Source: Guillardia theta CCMP2712
Lineage: Eukaryota > Protista > Cryptophyta
Reading direction: 5' to 3'
Assembly (NCBI RefSeq): GCF_000315625.1
Contig: NW_005434618.1
Location: forward strand, 83,038-147,037
Length of the DNA: 64,000 nt
Part shown: one piece after another, positions 13,041-25,109 of the stretch
Position numbering within the stretch: the first letter of the stretch is position 1
Layout of the letters: every line of letters starts with the position of its first letter
The notes under the pieces: model-generated
The model's input: only the letters and a program-made list of their open reading frames with translations
Databases searched by the model: none
What the model was told of the DNA's origin: nothing
Position numbers and translations under genes: made by a program

Positions 13041-14152
13041 GACTGTCTGGTAGCTCGCCCCCTAGCTTCGACCTCTTCACACACCCCTTATGCTCGCCCG
13101 GCCCCCTTCACTCCATCCTTCCAAGTCTCTCCCACGAGCAACCGCCATCCTCCTCGAGAGGCTTCTGAGAGAGGCTCTCGTAGCCAGGCAACGGGGAAGG
13201 AGGAAGGGGGAGCAGCAGAAGCAGCAGCAGCATCACAACGAGCGAGCCGGCGGTTACTACCTGGCCATGCGCCTGGATCAGTCATAAGAGTCCCCACGCG
13301 GACTCGATACGGCGGCTGTCACCCGGCCCGGGCCCGGCAGCCGGCCCGCGGGGCGGCGCGGGGCCCGATGACTCGGAGCCGGGCCCGATCTGACCGGGGT
13401 CGGTCAGACGGGTACTATAGGAACTTCCGCCGCCGCAGTAGCGGCACTCAGTGACTGGCGCCCGGGCCCGGGCCGGGCAGCCTCGCTGGAACTTCCGGAA
13501 GCCACGGTCACTGCTACCTGAGCAAGTTCAAAACTCACTGAGTCTGAGTACTACGGCGAGGACTGCGGGAAGCCGGTGAACGGCGAGTTCAGTTGCCAAG
13601 TTGACTCGTGACTCCGTGACCCGGGACTCCTCCGACACTGAGCACACAGGTGTCCGGGACCCCTCCGGCGGGAGTCCGACGGTCCGACCGCCGGATCGGT
13701 GACCGTCCGATCGGGGCCGCCGGGAAGTTACGGTTCGGAAGGGGGCGCTTCAGTGTTACTTTTCAAGATTACTCAACTCAGTTGAAAGATCACGGTACCG
13801 CAGTACAAAACTCTCCCCAATGCTCCAGGTCAGATGACCGGTACTTCGTTATCTGGAGGCCATTTTTACCCACCCCACCCCTGCCGAAAGAGATTTTCTG
13901 TCCTGTACAACTTTGAACCCTCTTGAGCCCCCACCCCTCGTTTGACCACCCCTGGTTTTACCGCCTCTTGAACCCCATGGTAAGATCAGACCGGTCAACC
14001 GACAACCCCTACCTACCTACCCCTACCCCTAACCAATACTACTATATCACCCCTCCAACGGCGAGCTCCGGTCTAGTTCGTACCGGACCCCCTGACCCCC
14101 CTTCCTTACCTACTCGTCAGTCCTGGGGTTAGTTCGTTATCTCCGGAGCGAC

Positions 14153-17110
14153 ATGGCGGACATGGAGGGACCGTACGTGTCGCTGGCAGAGTTCATGGCA
14201 GCAGAGCGACTGCGAGCTTCGCTTCCTCATGCTACTCCCGTCACTCACTCCACTCCGACACCAAGTTCCATGCATTCTTCGCTGGACATGCTCGACAAGA
14301 CAGAGCATGCATTGAGGACCCGAAGTTACAACAAGTTGAATCATCCTGGCGGGCAGGACGGAGGGCTCAGGAGGAAGACCAAGTCGAAATCTTACAATCC
14401 CCCACCTTCTAATAAGCATCCTGCGCTGCCATTGCGAAGCAAGTCCTCTGCCCTGCACCGCGGTGTTTCTCCACCCCGTCCTTCATTGCCGTTCCATGAC
14501 AGCACTTTTGCTCTCACTGCTACTGCCCAGCATCAAGTTGACAGCCCCAACTCTACCTTCCTCGAGCCTCTGTCGCCGCTGCTTGTGTCGCGGCCTGCAA
14601 CTTGTATATCCATGGCGACAACGATGAGTTCTTCGGAAACAGGGTCCATGATGAAGAAGGCAGAGGTGAGGAAGGAGGACAAGGGCTCTCAGTGCAGCAT
14701 GCAGGACCTGCAGGAGATCGAGGGGACCCTGAGAAGATACTTCTTCTCTCACAACCCAGCGCAGGGGGCTCTCCTCCCTTACCTCCACTCCCACAGCAGG
14801 TCCAAGTCCCCCCTGAGGAGATCGGACGAGGCCAGGGAGGAGGCTGTGGAGGAGGGCGAAACGAGGCGTCCGGACGAGGACAGGTACTACAGCTGCATGT
14901 CTTCACTCGGGAGCAGCAAGGGGCATCAGCGACTGAGGAGGAGGATCGGCTCCAGAGAGCCTGCCATGACTCGGATGTACTTCTATGAAGTCCTAATGAC
15001 GGAAGACAGGACTTTCCCTAGGGTTGACTACTCGACCGACTACCGCAGGTTCTCATACACAGACTTCAAGGTCCCCGAAGACGTGGGCCGTTCCAACATC
15101 AGCCCGGAAGCGATCGCAGAATGGATCTTGGAGGCGCAACCCCGCAATCAAGACGATGTCTACCCGCTGTTGGTGCTATGCAAGGATCTGGTAAGGAAAT
15201 ACCATCTGCGCGAGGTGTATTACACGATCAAGAAAGAAAGCTCGATGAGGGAAGAGGTGGAAGAGCTGACTCGCAAGCTTCAGAGCTCGAGCCAGAAGAT
15301 CGACCTTCTCTGTCAAGAGATCCGCGACCAGGACGCCAGCTACTCTCAGAGGGTCAGTGAGCTGACGGCAGAGATCGGATCGTTGAGAATCAAAGTCGAA
15401 GAAGCTGAATCGATCCGACAGAGGCTGGAGGAGGCAGAAGCTGCCTTGAGGGAGGAGCGAGAGAATTTGAAGAGAGTGGAGGAGAGCTCGAGCTCGAGCT
15501 CCAACATGTACGAGATGCAAGTGCGGAGCCTCGCCAAGAAGGAGAAGCAGTTAGAGGAGGAGAACTCATCGCTGACAAAGGAGTTGAGGAGCGCGAGGGA
15601 GAACTACATGACACTGGACCAACAGCTGCTGCAAGAGAGAAAGTTGTCGGAAGAACTGAGGGAGCAGGTGAAGCAGATGTCAAACCTCTCTCCAGATCAG
15701 CTTGTCCAGCTGATTGATCCTGCCAAGAGGCTGCCACTGCTGAAGACTTTGCTGGGCGATGGGGAGCTGGTGGGGAAGTTGTCGAAGCTAGACGGACAGG
15801 AGATGCCCGATAAGTCGCAAGACAGTCTGCTGAGGTGTGTGGTAGAGGCGCTGGACGATAGGGGCAAGAGCACAGGGAAGGTGAACCTTGACGTGGAGGG
15901 GGTGGAGCTGTACAACAGCGTCGTCGGGCTGCTGAGTCGGGACTTCAGGGAGTATGAGAAGTTTGTGGGCCTGGTGGATGTCAGCTCGACTGGCTCGCTC
16001 TCGTGGAAGATCGTGCGGGACGCCATGGAATCGCAGGGGAGGGGCGGGCGAGTGACTGAGGCCCTCAAGCTGCTGCTCGACGCAGACGGGAAGGAGCTCG
16101 GCTCGAGGCTCTTCGACGTGTCGCTGCAGGGAGAGGAGGAGCTGGAGGAGCTGCTGGAGCTGTTCAAGCGCTGGTACGAGGGGAGAGGCAGGCTGCAGGG
16201 GCTGCAGGAGACGGACGAGGCGCAGCAGAAGCGGCAGAAGTACAACCTGTTCGACATGACGAACCTGGAGGTAGAGCCCTTCCCGCTCGAGGAGACGCTG
16301 TGGATGATCGGGGAGATCATCGACTTCAAGTTCGAGGCCGACTACGAGAACGAGTCAGAGCAGCGTCCTCGCCTCAACCTCGTCAAGACCATCCGCAGCT
16401 TCATGGTCAGCAGGTTCGTGCACAAGAGCAGAAGCGACGAAAACACCAGGAGACTCTGCGCTGCCATCCTGCGATGGCAGGAGCAGAGCCCGCGGGTTCG
16501 CATCTTCGGCATCTGCAGCGGCATGCTCGAGATCGAGAGCCACTGGACGGAGAGGTCCGTCTGCGTCCTGATGCTTTTCTGGCAGCAGCTCAAGGTGCTC
16601 AGTGATCCCGGGCAGGAGTCGCTCCCGCCGGAGGAGCGAGGAGAGGGCTGGTCCATCTTCGGCCCCTGGCTCGGAGCAGCAGACAGGATGGTGGCAGTAG
16701 AGCATGTCAGACAGTCGGTGCAAGCAGCTTGCGACTCTCCCTTCGCCTTCGGACCCATGGAAGGGTTCGAGGAGGCGCTGGAGAAGGAGGAGCAGGGCGG
16801 GCGCGTGTCGCTGGACAGGAGCAGCGAGCTGTTCATGAGCTGCTGGTTCGACCAGTTCGACCGGGCGAAGCAGAAGCTGCGGGAGCTGTTCGTGGCCTTC
16901 GACGTGAACCACGACGAGACGCTCGAGATCTCAGAGTTCATCCAGCTGCTGCGAGCGACGCCGATGAGAATCCGGCAACATGACGCGATCAACCTGTTCA
17001 ACGAGCTCGCGGGACCTGACGACACCATGGACGAGGAAGAGTTTGCAGAGATACTCGTCTTCTACAAGTTCAACACCCGACATTTGCTTTCGATATCTAC
17101 AGAGAGATGA
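14153..17110 (+). CDS. 985-aa coiled-coil protein with a C-terminal EF-hand pair (TSNAXIP1/flagellar-associated-like)
   Basis: Uninterrupted ORF with a long coiled coil and EF loops DVNHDETLEISE and AGPDDTMDEEE; the RVRIFGICSGML region resembles TSNAXIP1-like proteins. Confidence 0.8.
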   Translation: MADMEGPYVSLAEFMAAERLRASLPHATPVTHSTPTPSSMHSSLDMLDKTEHALRTRSYNKLNHPGGQDGGLRRKTKSKSYNPPPSNKHPALPLRSKSSALHRGVSPPRPSLPFHDSTFALTATAQHQVDSPNSTFLEPLSPLLVSRPATCISMATTMSSSETGSMMKKAEVRKEDKGSQCSMQDLQEIEGTLRRYFFSHNPAQGALLPYLHSHSRSKSPLRRSDEAREEAVEEGETRRPDEDRYYSCMSSLGSSKGHQRLRRRIGSREPAMTRMYFYEVLMTEDRTFPRVDYSTDYRRFSYTDFKVPEDVGRSNISPEAIAEWILEAQPRNQDDVYPLLVLCKDLVRKYHLREVYYTIKKESSMREEVEELTRKLQSSSQKIDLLCQEIRDQDASYSQRVSELTAEIGSLRIKVEEAESIRQRLEEAEAALREERENLKRVEESSSSSSNMYEMQVRSLAKKEKQLEEENSSLTKELRSARENYMTLDQQLLQERKLSEELREQVKQMSNLSPDQLVQLIDPAKRLPLLKTLLGDGELVGKLSKLDGQEMPDKSQDSLLRCVVEALDDRGKSTGKVNLDVEGVELYNSVVGLLSRDFREYEKFVGLVDVSSTGSLSWKIVRDAMESQGRGGRVTEALKLLLDADGKELGSRLFDVSLQGEEELEELLELFKRWYEGRGRLQGLQETDEAQQKRQKYNLFDMTNLEVEPFPLEETLWMIGEIIDFKFEADYENESEQRPRLNLVKTIRSFMVSRFVHKSRSDENTRRLCAAILRWQEQSPRVRIFGICSGMLEIESHWTERSVCVLMLFWQQLKVLSDPGQESLPPEERGEGWSIFGPWLGAADRMVAVEHVRQSVQAACDSPFAFGPMEGFEEALEKEEQGGRVSLDRSSELFMSCWFDQFDRAKQKLRELFVAFDVNHDETLEISEFIQLLRATPMRIRQHDAINLFNELAGPDDTMDEEEFAEILVFYKFNTRHLLSISTER

Positions 17111-17364
17111 TGCTGCACGCTACTTCGCCTCCTCCTCCTCCTCCTCCTCCTCCTCCTCCTCCTCCTCGTCCCTCCTCTCCTCGACCTCTCTTCTTGTTTT
17201 CTCGCTTCATTGGTTCGAGCTCGCTGATAAAATTTCCTGTCGTTGCATGACAAGCAACTAACGGTAGGGGAGCTGTAAAGATTGTCAGCAGAAGGATTAA
17301 ACAAGGAGGATGGGCCATGGCCAGAGGGGAGGAGGAGGGAGGGAAAGAGGAGGGAGGAGGGAGG

Positions 17365-17464
17365 NNNNNNNNNNNNNNNNNNNNNNNNNNNNNNNNNNNN
17401 NNNNNNNNNNNNNNNNNNNNNNNNNNNNNNNNNNNNNNNNNNNNNNNNNNNNNNNNNNNNNNNN
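17365..17464. other. Assembly gap (100 N) inside a GGA-rich tract
   Basis: Run of N. Confidence 1.
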
Positions 17465-17544
17465 GAGGAGGAGGAGGAGGAGGAGGCGCAAGACAAAGGG
17501 CAAGGGCAAGGGCAAGGGCAAGACGAGGAGGAGCAGGAGGAGGC

Positions 17545-19230
17545 TTACGTTGATATTTGGGGTTCAACTTCGCAATGCCGATGGTGGGAGGCACCTGCGG
17601 AGAGGTTGAGATGTCGATGGTGAGGGCGGGACGAGGAACAGGAGGAGGTGGAGAGACTGATGGAGTTTTACCGTCGCTGAGCTGCCAGTGAGGTCGAACA
17701 TGACATTGAAGGCTCGAAAAAAGACCGCTCCTGCAGACAAAATAGAATGAACATAAGGAGAGGAGGAGGAGGAGAAGGGAAGGGGAGGGAGGGAGGGGGA
17801 GGACAGAGTTGATTGATGTGATTGAGTGCATGTAAATAGAGAGATGAAGGTGTTGACTTGCTCAACTCTCACCCAGAACAATCGGCGTCATGTGCGGAGG
17901 TTTCATCGCCCACGTCACCGGCATGACGCACGGCCGGATGTTGGTGCCCCATGCCTGGAGGAGAGGAGGATGAGCGGGAAAGGAAAAGACAGGGAGGGGG
18001 TGGAGGGGGTCGAAGAGGCAGAGAGAGAAGACAAGGGGGAGGGTGGGAGGATGGAGGAGGAAGGAGGAAGAGAGAGGGGAAAGGAGAGGGAAACACTGGG
18101 AGGGGGAGGGGTAGGGGTAGAGGATTAGAGGATAGGTAGGAGTGGAGGAAGTGGGGGTAGGTTTTGCTTCACCTCATCAAGGAACGTGTGATGCTCGACC
18201 TCGAGATCTTCCCGTCGAATTTCCAGCCCCTGGCGTATCATCACCAACAGAGATCTCCTCCTCCTCCTCCTCCTCGCCTCTCCTTCTCCTTCTCCTTCCC
18301 TCCTCCTCCTCCTCCTCCTCCTCCTCCTCCTTCTCCCCCCCCTCCTCCCCCTTTGCTTCCTTGCTCCTCTACTTCCTTGCTCCTGCACCTTCTGTCCACC
18401 CTGCTCCTCCTCTGCCTCTTCCTCCCTTCCCTCCCTCCCCCTCCTTCCACCTGGTCGATCCCGTTGACAGTGATGAACATCTTCGACCACTTCTTGTTGT
18501 AGTTCTGGTACAGCGAGTAGGGAGACTTGATGACGTCACCGTTTTCCGAGCTCGACGGGAGCATGATGCACGGCGAGCCGGTGTCTAGCAGGGCAGGGAC
18601 GTGCCTCTTCTTGGTGGTGGGAGAGAACACCAGGAGCTCTAGAGCGTTGTCGAACTCGTCTCCGATCCTGATCGAGTTGATCGACAGCGAGTAAGTCTTG
18701 GTGCTGATCGACGGCGTCGTCCGCATCTCTCCTATGGTGCTCCCCTTCACGTATCCCCCCAGCTGCAGCTCAGCTGCTGACTTGGTAGCCATGAACGCGA
18801 ACTTCGGTGGGAGCCCAGCCGCGTTGCTGTCCACCGCATCCCGAGCAGTGAAGCCCAGCAGGATGGGGCTGGGGAGGGGGCGACCGTTGACATCATGCTG
18901 CTTCTGGTACTTGGGGCCCAGCCCAAGGACGCCGTTTCCCATCTCCGCCCAAAATTGCTGGTTGGGAGCGGAGGTCCAGCATGCGAAGGAGAGCCTTGCC
19001 CTGTACTCCCCCAGCTGCACATCATCCCGGCAGAGGATGCCCGTCAGCTCCGTGTTTGCGTCCGCGTAGTGGACAGTCAGGCTGTTGCTCTGGTCGATGT
19101 TAGCTGAGCTTGACCTAGAGGGGTTGAAAAGTGGGAGGGCAGAGGTGATGGAGGAAGGGTTGGGGACGGCATGCACCAAGGAGCTGGCCAGCAGCAGGAG
19201 AGAGAGGAGGGAGGAGGAGGGGGAGGACAT
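17545..19230 (-). CDS. Secreted pepsin-family (A1) aspartic-protease-like protein
   Basis: Signal peptide MSSPSSSLLSLLLLASSLVHA; LFNPSRSSS; flap VHYAD; GVLGLGP; ALLDTGSPCIMLP; later exons IRPCVMP..IVLG|AVFFRAFNVMFD..TIGIA. The 3' end may extend past the gap. Confidence 0.85.
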
Positions 19231-21735
19231 GGGCGTCTTAACGGAGGGTGTAACGTTTGCTTCTATCACTCAGGAGAGCTGGAGCAAATGCGACGGTTTG
19301 ATCAAAACATTGGCGATCACTGGGACAGACAAACGTCAGGAGAAGAAAAGAGTCCTTCTCGCCCCATATGCGAACCATTTAATCGTTTTCTTTCTTCCTG
19401 GATCACTCTCCCCTTTCCTGCCTGCCTGCCTGCCAGCCTGCTTCGCTACTGCGTCTCCTCGCCATGCCTAGACTTCGTTTCATTTCTGAACGCCTCCTCC
19501 CTGCACATCTTCGCACTTCATCTTCACATAACGCAACAATCTCTCGGGCGACAGGAAGCAGCCTATCGGACCTTGCACAACCCCGGCCCTTCATACCCTG
19601 CGACTTCAAATGTCCAGCAGTTGTATCTCGTCTGTCCTCCTTGGACTATCCTTGCTCTGCCCTCCACCCGTCCTCATGGAATCCTCTCGTATAGGATCCG
19701 TACTGTTCACTTCTTCCAACCACAAGGCAACACTATCCAGCTTACTTCGGGCGCATCAAGCGCTGTTCAGCCATTGCTGTCACATCCAGTCTTATTTAGC
19801 AGCTTCCCTTTTTGTATCCTCCCCACTTTCCTCCCACACTTCTTCCTTCCCACACACCCTCTTTCCATCTCATCCTGTCATCTATGCCTATAGTCCCTCC
19901 TCCTCTCCCGCCATCTCTCTTCTTCCTCATCCACCGTCTCTCCCATTCCTCGCCGCTCCGTACATGCCATACTCGCTGACTAGGCATTCCGACCGTTACA
20001 TCTTCCTTTAGCAGTTACAAAAACGTTTCAGCCGTTTTGTCTGAGTGATGCGCGGGGATGAGGATTCTTCACGACAACCCCCTCCCCCTCAAACCCCCTT
20101 GGGAACCCACATGGCATGATGGGATGGTGAGGTACAGTGATACTGGGATTTAGCTTACTACCTCAATTAGATAATTTGCTCACTATATGGGTAGAGGAAC
20201 AAGCACTTGTTTGTGGAAGGGAGAACCCACCCGTACAATGTAACAGTGGGGTAGTATTGGCTCTAGAAATAAGGGGTGGCCAAATTTAAAATCATTTTAT
20301 AAAAAAGGCTCCGAGAATAGAGGCATGGGGGGAGGGGTTCTTTAAAAATATATTTATAATATCAAAATAGCGACAAATTCTAAGAAATCTAAGCTCTTGG
20401 TTAAAAAAGTATTTTTATTTCATGTTCAATGGGGGTGGGGGTACCAAAGTGGGGTTGGGTGATGAATGATGGGAAGATCCCATAGTATGGGGAGCATGTG
20501 CTTAATTCACTATTACTTCAATTGAAACTTCAAGCACCTTGCGACTGTAACAATCAATGTAGCAAAACTAGGTAGGGAAGGAGAGTATATTTGGACGGGT
20601 TCAACCATGAGCAGGTGACAGAATGGGGTGGTCATACCCATGGATCCCAAGATTTGCAAAAGATATGTCCTTCTGACCGGTGGGGTTTGAAGGAACAGGG
20701 TGGTGTAGTCACTCCAAGGGTAGTACCTTACAGGGTACGGTCATTCAGGGCATCAACGGGGTACTAGATGCTCAGGAAAGGGGTGACAAGCTGAAATTGG
20801 TAACGGGCAGGCCTGAGGGTGGGGTACTTTTTGAAAGGTCAAGGTAAATGGTGGGTGGGGGATATATTGCAGCCTGCCCATAGGTAGGTGGTTTTCACAC
20901 AAATATATTGAACCCACAATGTGAGGAAAACCTATAGGGTAGGGTAGTGTTCATGGGGGTTATCAAAGAGGGAATCAGTTCAGGAAGACTAGGGTGGGTC
21001 ATATACCAACAGGGGTGTGAATGAATTGGCTAAACTCCATGTACCAGATAGGTACCCATGTACGCTTGTACACACCGTAGGTAGGGTCCTCTAGGATGGT
21101 ATGAGGGATGGGGTGGCGGTGATTTTCATAAGTGAGGGTGGGTACTTGATGAGACTCCAAGAATGGCTCATGGGAAGGGTAGTCATGAGTTGAAACAGGG
21201 GGTATCCTTGAATAATGGATAGGTGAGGTAGCATATTGATGGGGTAGTATCCAGGGGTTGGGATTGGATGGGATAAAGGGTGGGGTACTCCGGTCGAAGA
21301 GATAAGGGTGGTGAGGAGTGGCGGGGTACCCTTGTCATTGGGGGTAGTTTCCTGCTAGGGGTAGGGTAGTGGGGCGGGTTTTCTGCGGAATTTGTGGATC
21401 TTTGATTTGCGAGGAGGAGAGGAGGAAAAAGCGCGAGGAAGAGGAGGAGAGTTCACCGTAGTGAAGCAAGCACGGGGGGATACAGCAGGATAGAAGACTT
21501 GACACAGGTGAAACAGAAGGGAGCACAGCCAAGTTCTTGCTGGAAGGGAGTCAGAGGAGAGGCAGGACGGGATCGCGGGATGGTCGAGAGAATGGCGGCA
21601 GGATTGTGGTAGGGGGAGGGACAGCAAGGAAGAAGGCGACGAAGTTAAGGGATAGCGGGAATCAATTCGAAGTGCCTCGTACTTGCATGTTTTGAAAAGC
21701 TCTTCTTGGTACGAGACTGCCGACGAAGGTGATTG

Positions 21736-22212
21736 ATGACTGGCCAAGAAAGAGACCCCCCTGTGAAAAGAAAGATGGATACTTTAGATGGAAGGTTCCA
21801 GGTCAACAGCGTTGGAGGAGGTTTGACTCGCGCAAAGTCAAAGGCGGATTCGCTCGTGATCGGCATCCCAGAGCAGCAGCAACCTGGTTTGTGCCATTGC
21901 CATCTAGACACATCTTCGCCCTAATGTGCTCCAGTCGACCCTCATGCTTTTGAGCAGATCCCTCCGACTCCTCAGAGCATGTGGATCGCCTGTCTCCTAC
22001 ATCTCTCCTAGCTCTGCACTATAACTTGTCAAGATCACCGAGACGATCGAAGTTGTGCTCTCCTCTTGTTTGCTCGGGTCGGCTTACCCCTTCCCGCCCG
22101 CAGGCCCGAATATCTGGAAAACCTCGTCATCCCCGATGACAAGAAGCCCGACCCTTCTGATGATCCCGAGCATATCGACTGCCACTCTCCTACCACCCTG
22201 CTGGAGAACTGA
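21736..22212 (+). CDS. Small 3-exon hypothetical protein with an internal duplication
   Basis: Introns at 21887-21957 and ~22051-22103 give LVIGIPEQQQPDPSDSSEHVDRLSPTSLL...LVIPDDKKPDPSDDPEHIDCHSPTTLLEN* (TGA 22210-22212). Confidence 0.6.
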
Positions 22213-22527
22213 CAAGGTTGGGGGAAGGGCAGAGAGAGAAGGGAAGGGAAGGAGGGAGGGTCGTGTTGTGTTTGATTTCGAGGAGTGGAGAGTTAAGAGT
22301 GGAGTCCTGCCTGTACATTTGGGTGAAGGGGGAGTGAGCGAAGAGATTTGAAGATTGAGATTGTGTCGTCGATTGTAAACGTTGTAATCTAGAGTTTTCT
22401 CATTTGCCTCCTCTTGAGGAATAAAATGTTGTCGTGCTCAAAGCGGGTTCCGCGTAAGGGAGTGAGGGTAAGGGAGAAAAGGTAGGAGGAGGAGGAGGAG
22501 GAGAAAACTGAGCAGAGTGTTCTTGTT

Positions 22528-25109
22528 CTAGAGGCACCAGGCGATAGCGCCTTCCAGTGTCTCATGCTCAAGATCGCCGACTATGAAGACCTCCTACACG
22601 CAGACATAAGAAGCAAGTGGAGAAGGTGAAGGGGGCCGGAAGGAACAGAGGGAAAGAAAGGAGAGGAGAGTCGCAGGAAGAAGAGAAAGCACCTGCGCCT
22701 GTGTGCCCTTCCTTGCAATCAGCTTGAACCCAGTGTCTGTCTCCGTTGAGATGCGCAGCGTTAGCTTGTGACAGTTGCTGCTCGCTCTGCTCCCCGGGTC
22801 AACGCCGCAAGACCCATACGCACTAGACGTACCTGCTGAGCCTGCCCGGCACAATCGTATTGATCCCCTTGATGGCTGCGAGACGCTGTAGAGAAGAAAA
22901 GAAGTCAGCTTGCAAATGAGGAGGAGGAAGAGGAGGAGGAGGAGGAGGAGGAGGAAGGGAGGAGGGAGGGAGGGGGTGGAGGAGATGGGGATTGGGAGAG
23001 AAGGAGGAGGTGAAGGACGAGGAACCTGGAGGACTGGGATGATGCCGGGTAGATGGGTGGAGTGATTCAGAACGAGTCTGCCCTCGCCCTCTTCCTCGGG
23101 CTTCTCCCCCTGACTCTTTTCCGACTTCTTCACAGCCTTGGGAGGTCTGGGCGGGGGGGTGACAGGAGGAGAAGAGGGAGGAGATTGAGACGAAGATCGA
23201 GCAGGAGGAGGCGCAAGAGGAGGAGCAGGAGTTGGAGATTGAAGTGAAAGGATGTCGTCCAGGAACTCCTCTGCCTCCGCCTCGTCGTTGCGCTCGCCGT
23301 GAGGTCTTGGTGCCGCTTCCTTTCTGTACAAGGAGAGATGAGGACCGGGCGAAGAGAAGCATTGGAGGAGGAGGAGGAGAGCTCAGGAAAGGAGGAGGGG
23401 GGAGCTGAGGGTAATGAGGGAAGGAGAGGAAAGGAGAGAGCGAGAGAAAAGGGGAGGGAGGAAGCGGGACGGAAGTATGGAGAGGTGCTCACGCTGGTCT
23501 CTTGAGAGCGTCTGTGACTGGTTTCGGCTCTCTCTTCAGCCTCTGGGCGTAGACTCTCCTCAGAGGATCCTTGAGGGTGACGGCTTTGAACCTGTGGAGG
23601 TCCATGAGGAGGGGGGGCGAGGGAGGTAGGTGAGTAATATTAAGTAGAGCGTTCGAGAGTCGGAGGAGAAAGGATGAGGAGGGTGAAGGATGGGGAGAAA
23701 GGGAAGAGAGGAGAGAGAGAGGGAATGATGATGAGGAGGAAGAGGAGGAGATGGAGCTTGAGGAAGAGGAGGAGAGGAAGGAAGGACGGCATGCTTACAT
23801 GCCCTCCTCGCGATGTTTGGTCATATTTCCCGTAAAGATAGGATTGTTCATACGCCGCGTACTTCCTGCTTCTGCAAGCACACGGGAAAGTATGAGTTGA
23901 TGGGAAATGAAAAAAAGAGAAGCAACAGAAGCAAAAGAAGCTTCTCTTGCGTGTGTTGCAGGGCAGGAAGATGGAATTGGGAAAAGAAGGAGAGGGAAGA
24001 GGAGGATTGGGAAGAAGGAGGAGAAGTCGAGAGCAAGGGAGAGAGAGAGGAGGAGAAGGACGATTGGCATTTCACGCACTTGGCTTGAATCCAAGCATTC
24101 TTTGCAGCTCATCATAACTTTCCTCGATCTCATCGTTCATGTAGAAATCTGACCCTGAGTGAACTCTCAATCGATTTGCAACAACGAAAAAGGAAGAAGA
24201 AATCAACAAGCTTATCCTCTCACAATCCCCCCCCCCCCCCCCACCGTGTTGTACTCCTGCTCCTGCTCCTCTTCAACCTCCTCCTCCTCCAAGGACTTCA
24301 CCGTCATTGTCTTCGCCTATTTGTTGAATGTTCAACTTGGCGAGAGGCTGCGGAGCTTTCTTCTCGTCCTGGTCAGTCTTCTTCGAGCTCGCAGGAGCAG
24401 CAGGTTTCTTGGTTCCAAACTTCTTGGCCGCCGAGTTCATCAGCTTCAGCTGCCGCGTACTTTCACCGTCTCTGTTCTCCAACTTGAGGAAGTTGTTCAA
24501 GGTAGCGTACTCCGCCTCAACCCTCTTCATCCTCTCCTCCTCATTCTCCTTGTCCTTCTCCTCGTTCTGAATCCCCTTGATGAGACTCTCGTAGCTCTCT
24601 TCCCCTCCCTTCCCGCTCGACGACAAGGTTTGCGCCTGCCCCTTGAACGCCGTAGGCGCGTTCACAGGCTTGAGGGGAGAGCAGAACATGTTGTAGTTCG
24701 ACGCGCGAAGCGCTCTGTCAAAGGCGGCGTACATGGACGTCTGGTTGCCTGCTGCCTGTGGAGGAGCCTTCTCCTCGAACCCTCCCTGCACATACTCGTA
24801 GGTTCGGTCGTACCTCCTCTGAGCAAACTCGTCGTCCGCGTCCTTGTTGGATTTCAAATCCCTTTGGTTCGCTCCACTGCCGTTCTTCCTCTTCATCGTC
24901 AAGCTCACGGCGGAGCTGGCATGCTGTTGAGCATGTCTGTGCGCATTGCTCGGTGACTTTCGACTGTGCAGGAGGCAGAATGAGCCAGCGGCGGCGGTAC
25001 GAACCACTGGTGCGTGCTGGGTTCCGAGGGCATTGGGAGCGAAGAATGCCGAGGAAGGAGAGAAGAAGGTTGACAGGAGAAACACTGAGACGAAATCGCT
25101 TCCTGCCAT
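22528..25109 (-). CDS. Plastid-targeted protein with a C-terminal DUF2103 (predicted metal-binding) domain
   Basis: Leader MAGSDFVSVFLLSTFFSPSSA|FFAP (ASAFAP-type). Spliced C-terminus reads GRLVLNHSTHLPGIIPVLQ-RLAAIKGINTIVPGRLS-..LTLRISTETDTGFKLIARKGTQAQ-EVFIVGDLEHETLEGAIAWCL*, matching my recollection of the DUF2103 pattern. Confidence 0.75.

Noticed and set aside
15176-17028. Long antisense ORFs over the 985-aa gene (similar ones at 9874-10566 and 60431-61902)
   Set aside because: Shadow ORFs caused by GC-rich codon usage.
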